Positions 25,902-26,374 of a DNA stretch of 26,374 bases are shown here, piece by piece; the stretch's first letter is position 1, and each line of letters opens with the position of its first letter. Source of the stretch: a virus. Its lineage: Duplodnaviria > Caudoviricetes. The stretch is taken from the IMG/VR virus record IMGVR_UViG_3300037225_000760, positions 1 to 26,374 of that record; one strand, 5' to 3'. Both the position numbers and the translations under genes were made by a program. The notes beneath the pieces are model-generated. The model searched no databases and was not told where the DNA came from. It saw nothing but the letters and a program-made list of their open reading frames with translations.

Positions 25902-26138
25902 TTACGATTTCCTAGGAAATCTCTGAATAGGAAAGTTTAGGTTGGCAAATTGTCCATGAAAGAGGAGCGCAGCCGCATCGTATGTCTGAGCAGCTTCAAT
26001 AATGTCAGCATAAGTTCCTAAATAGACCCTCCTGCCTTTGCTGAGGTCTATTCGAGATTGCCACAGCCTTTCGCGAAGGTCAAAGAAATCCTCTTCATGA
26101 CTTCGCCTTGAACAGCGATCCGTGGTAGAGTTCGTCAT
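25902..26138 (-). CDS. Stand-alone AP2 DNA-binding domain (likely HNH-AP2 endonuclease remnant)
   Basis: WQSRI...RVYLGTY...EAAQTYDAAALLFHGQFANLNFP; start uncertain. Confidence 0.7.
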   Translation of the reverse strand: MTNSTTDRCSRRSHEEDFFDLRERLWQSRIDLSKGRRVYLGTYADIIEAAQTYDAAALLFHGQFANLNFPIQRFPRKS

Positions 26139-26373
26139 CTCGCGGAGTGAACTTTATTCTGGCCTTACCACAGTTGTGTCTCATCTTCCAAATCTTAGCG
26201 AAGCAACACAGTGAGTGTTCGATCTCCCGTAGAGTGAGCCTCTTCTCTTTGCCGCCCACAACCAGATATGGGAATTTCAGGCCAAGCCTCTCAAAGTGCT
26301 GCTCCTGCTCAGTACAAAGCTTCTTGATTGCATCGACGAAGGAAACATAGCTTCTGTCCGGAAAGATGATTGA
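26095..26373 (-). CDS. Partial (C-terminal) aGPT-Pplase1 / 5-hmdU DNA kinase helical-domain-like protein
   Basis: Not in the ORF track (runs off the window). My translation gives ...EQEQHFERLGLKFPYL...LTLREIEHSLCCFAKIWKMRHNCGKARIKF, resembling the IEHSLCEFxKY motif as I recall it. Confidence 0.65.
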   Translation of the reverse strand, partial: SIIFPDRSYVSFVDAIKKLCTEQEQHFERLGLKFPYLVVGGKEKRLTLREIEHSLCCFAKIWKMRHNCGKARIKFTPRDDELYHGSLFKAKS

Positions 26374-26374
26374 G

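Noticed and set aside
25906-25921. Perfect 16-bp palindrome GATTTCCTAGGAAATC overlapping an RFPR codon run
   Set aside because: It is a single instance. The other RFPR copies are not palindromic, so it does not explain the motif.

Overview
The window is a segment of a tailed dsDNA phage genome with essentially all real genes on the minus strand, many coupled by ATGA overlaps. Read right to left, the first block is a thymidine-modification cluster: the partial C-terminus of an aGPT-Pplase1-like protein, an AP2 remnant, an acyl carrier protein lacking its Ser, a thymidylate-synthase-fold enzyme and an Nmad1/DUF1599 protein. A replication/recombination block follows: UDG-fused family A DNA polymerase, UvsY-like protein, SSB with a huge D/E/K charge-block tail, RecA/UvsX, 5'-3' exonuclease and SbcCD-like nuclease. 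Next are a sigma-like factor, a Mor-like regulator, a resolvase, TerS, a terminase large subunit split into two ORFs, and the portal. Small genes beside the portal include a type IB topoisomerase and an HExxH peptidase. The left end holds small accessory genes, a DNA adenine methyltransferase and a repeat-rich non-coding stretch. The most striking unexplained signals are two short peptide tags shared by unrelated proteins. One is E-x-G[IV][KR]G[MQ]KWG, usually with a shared leader, on four portal-flanking proteins, one of them frameshifted. The other is RFPR, found nine times at the termini of six unrelated proteins. There is also a candidate ~175-nt rod-like ncRNA. All calls rest on motif recognition by eye; no database searches were run.
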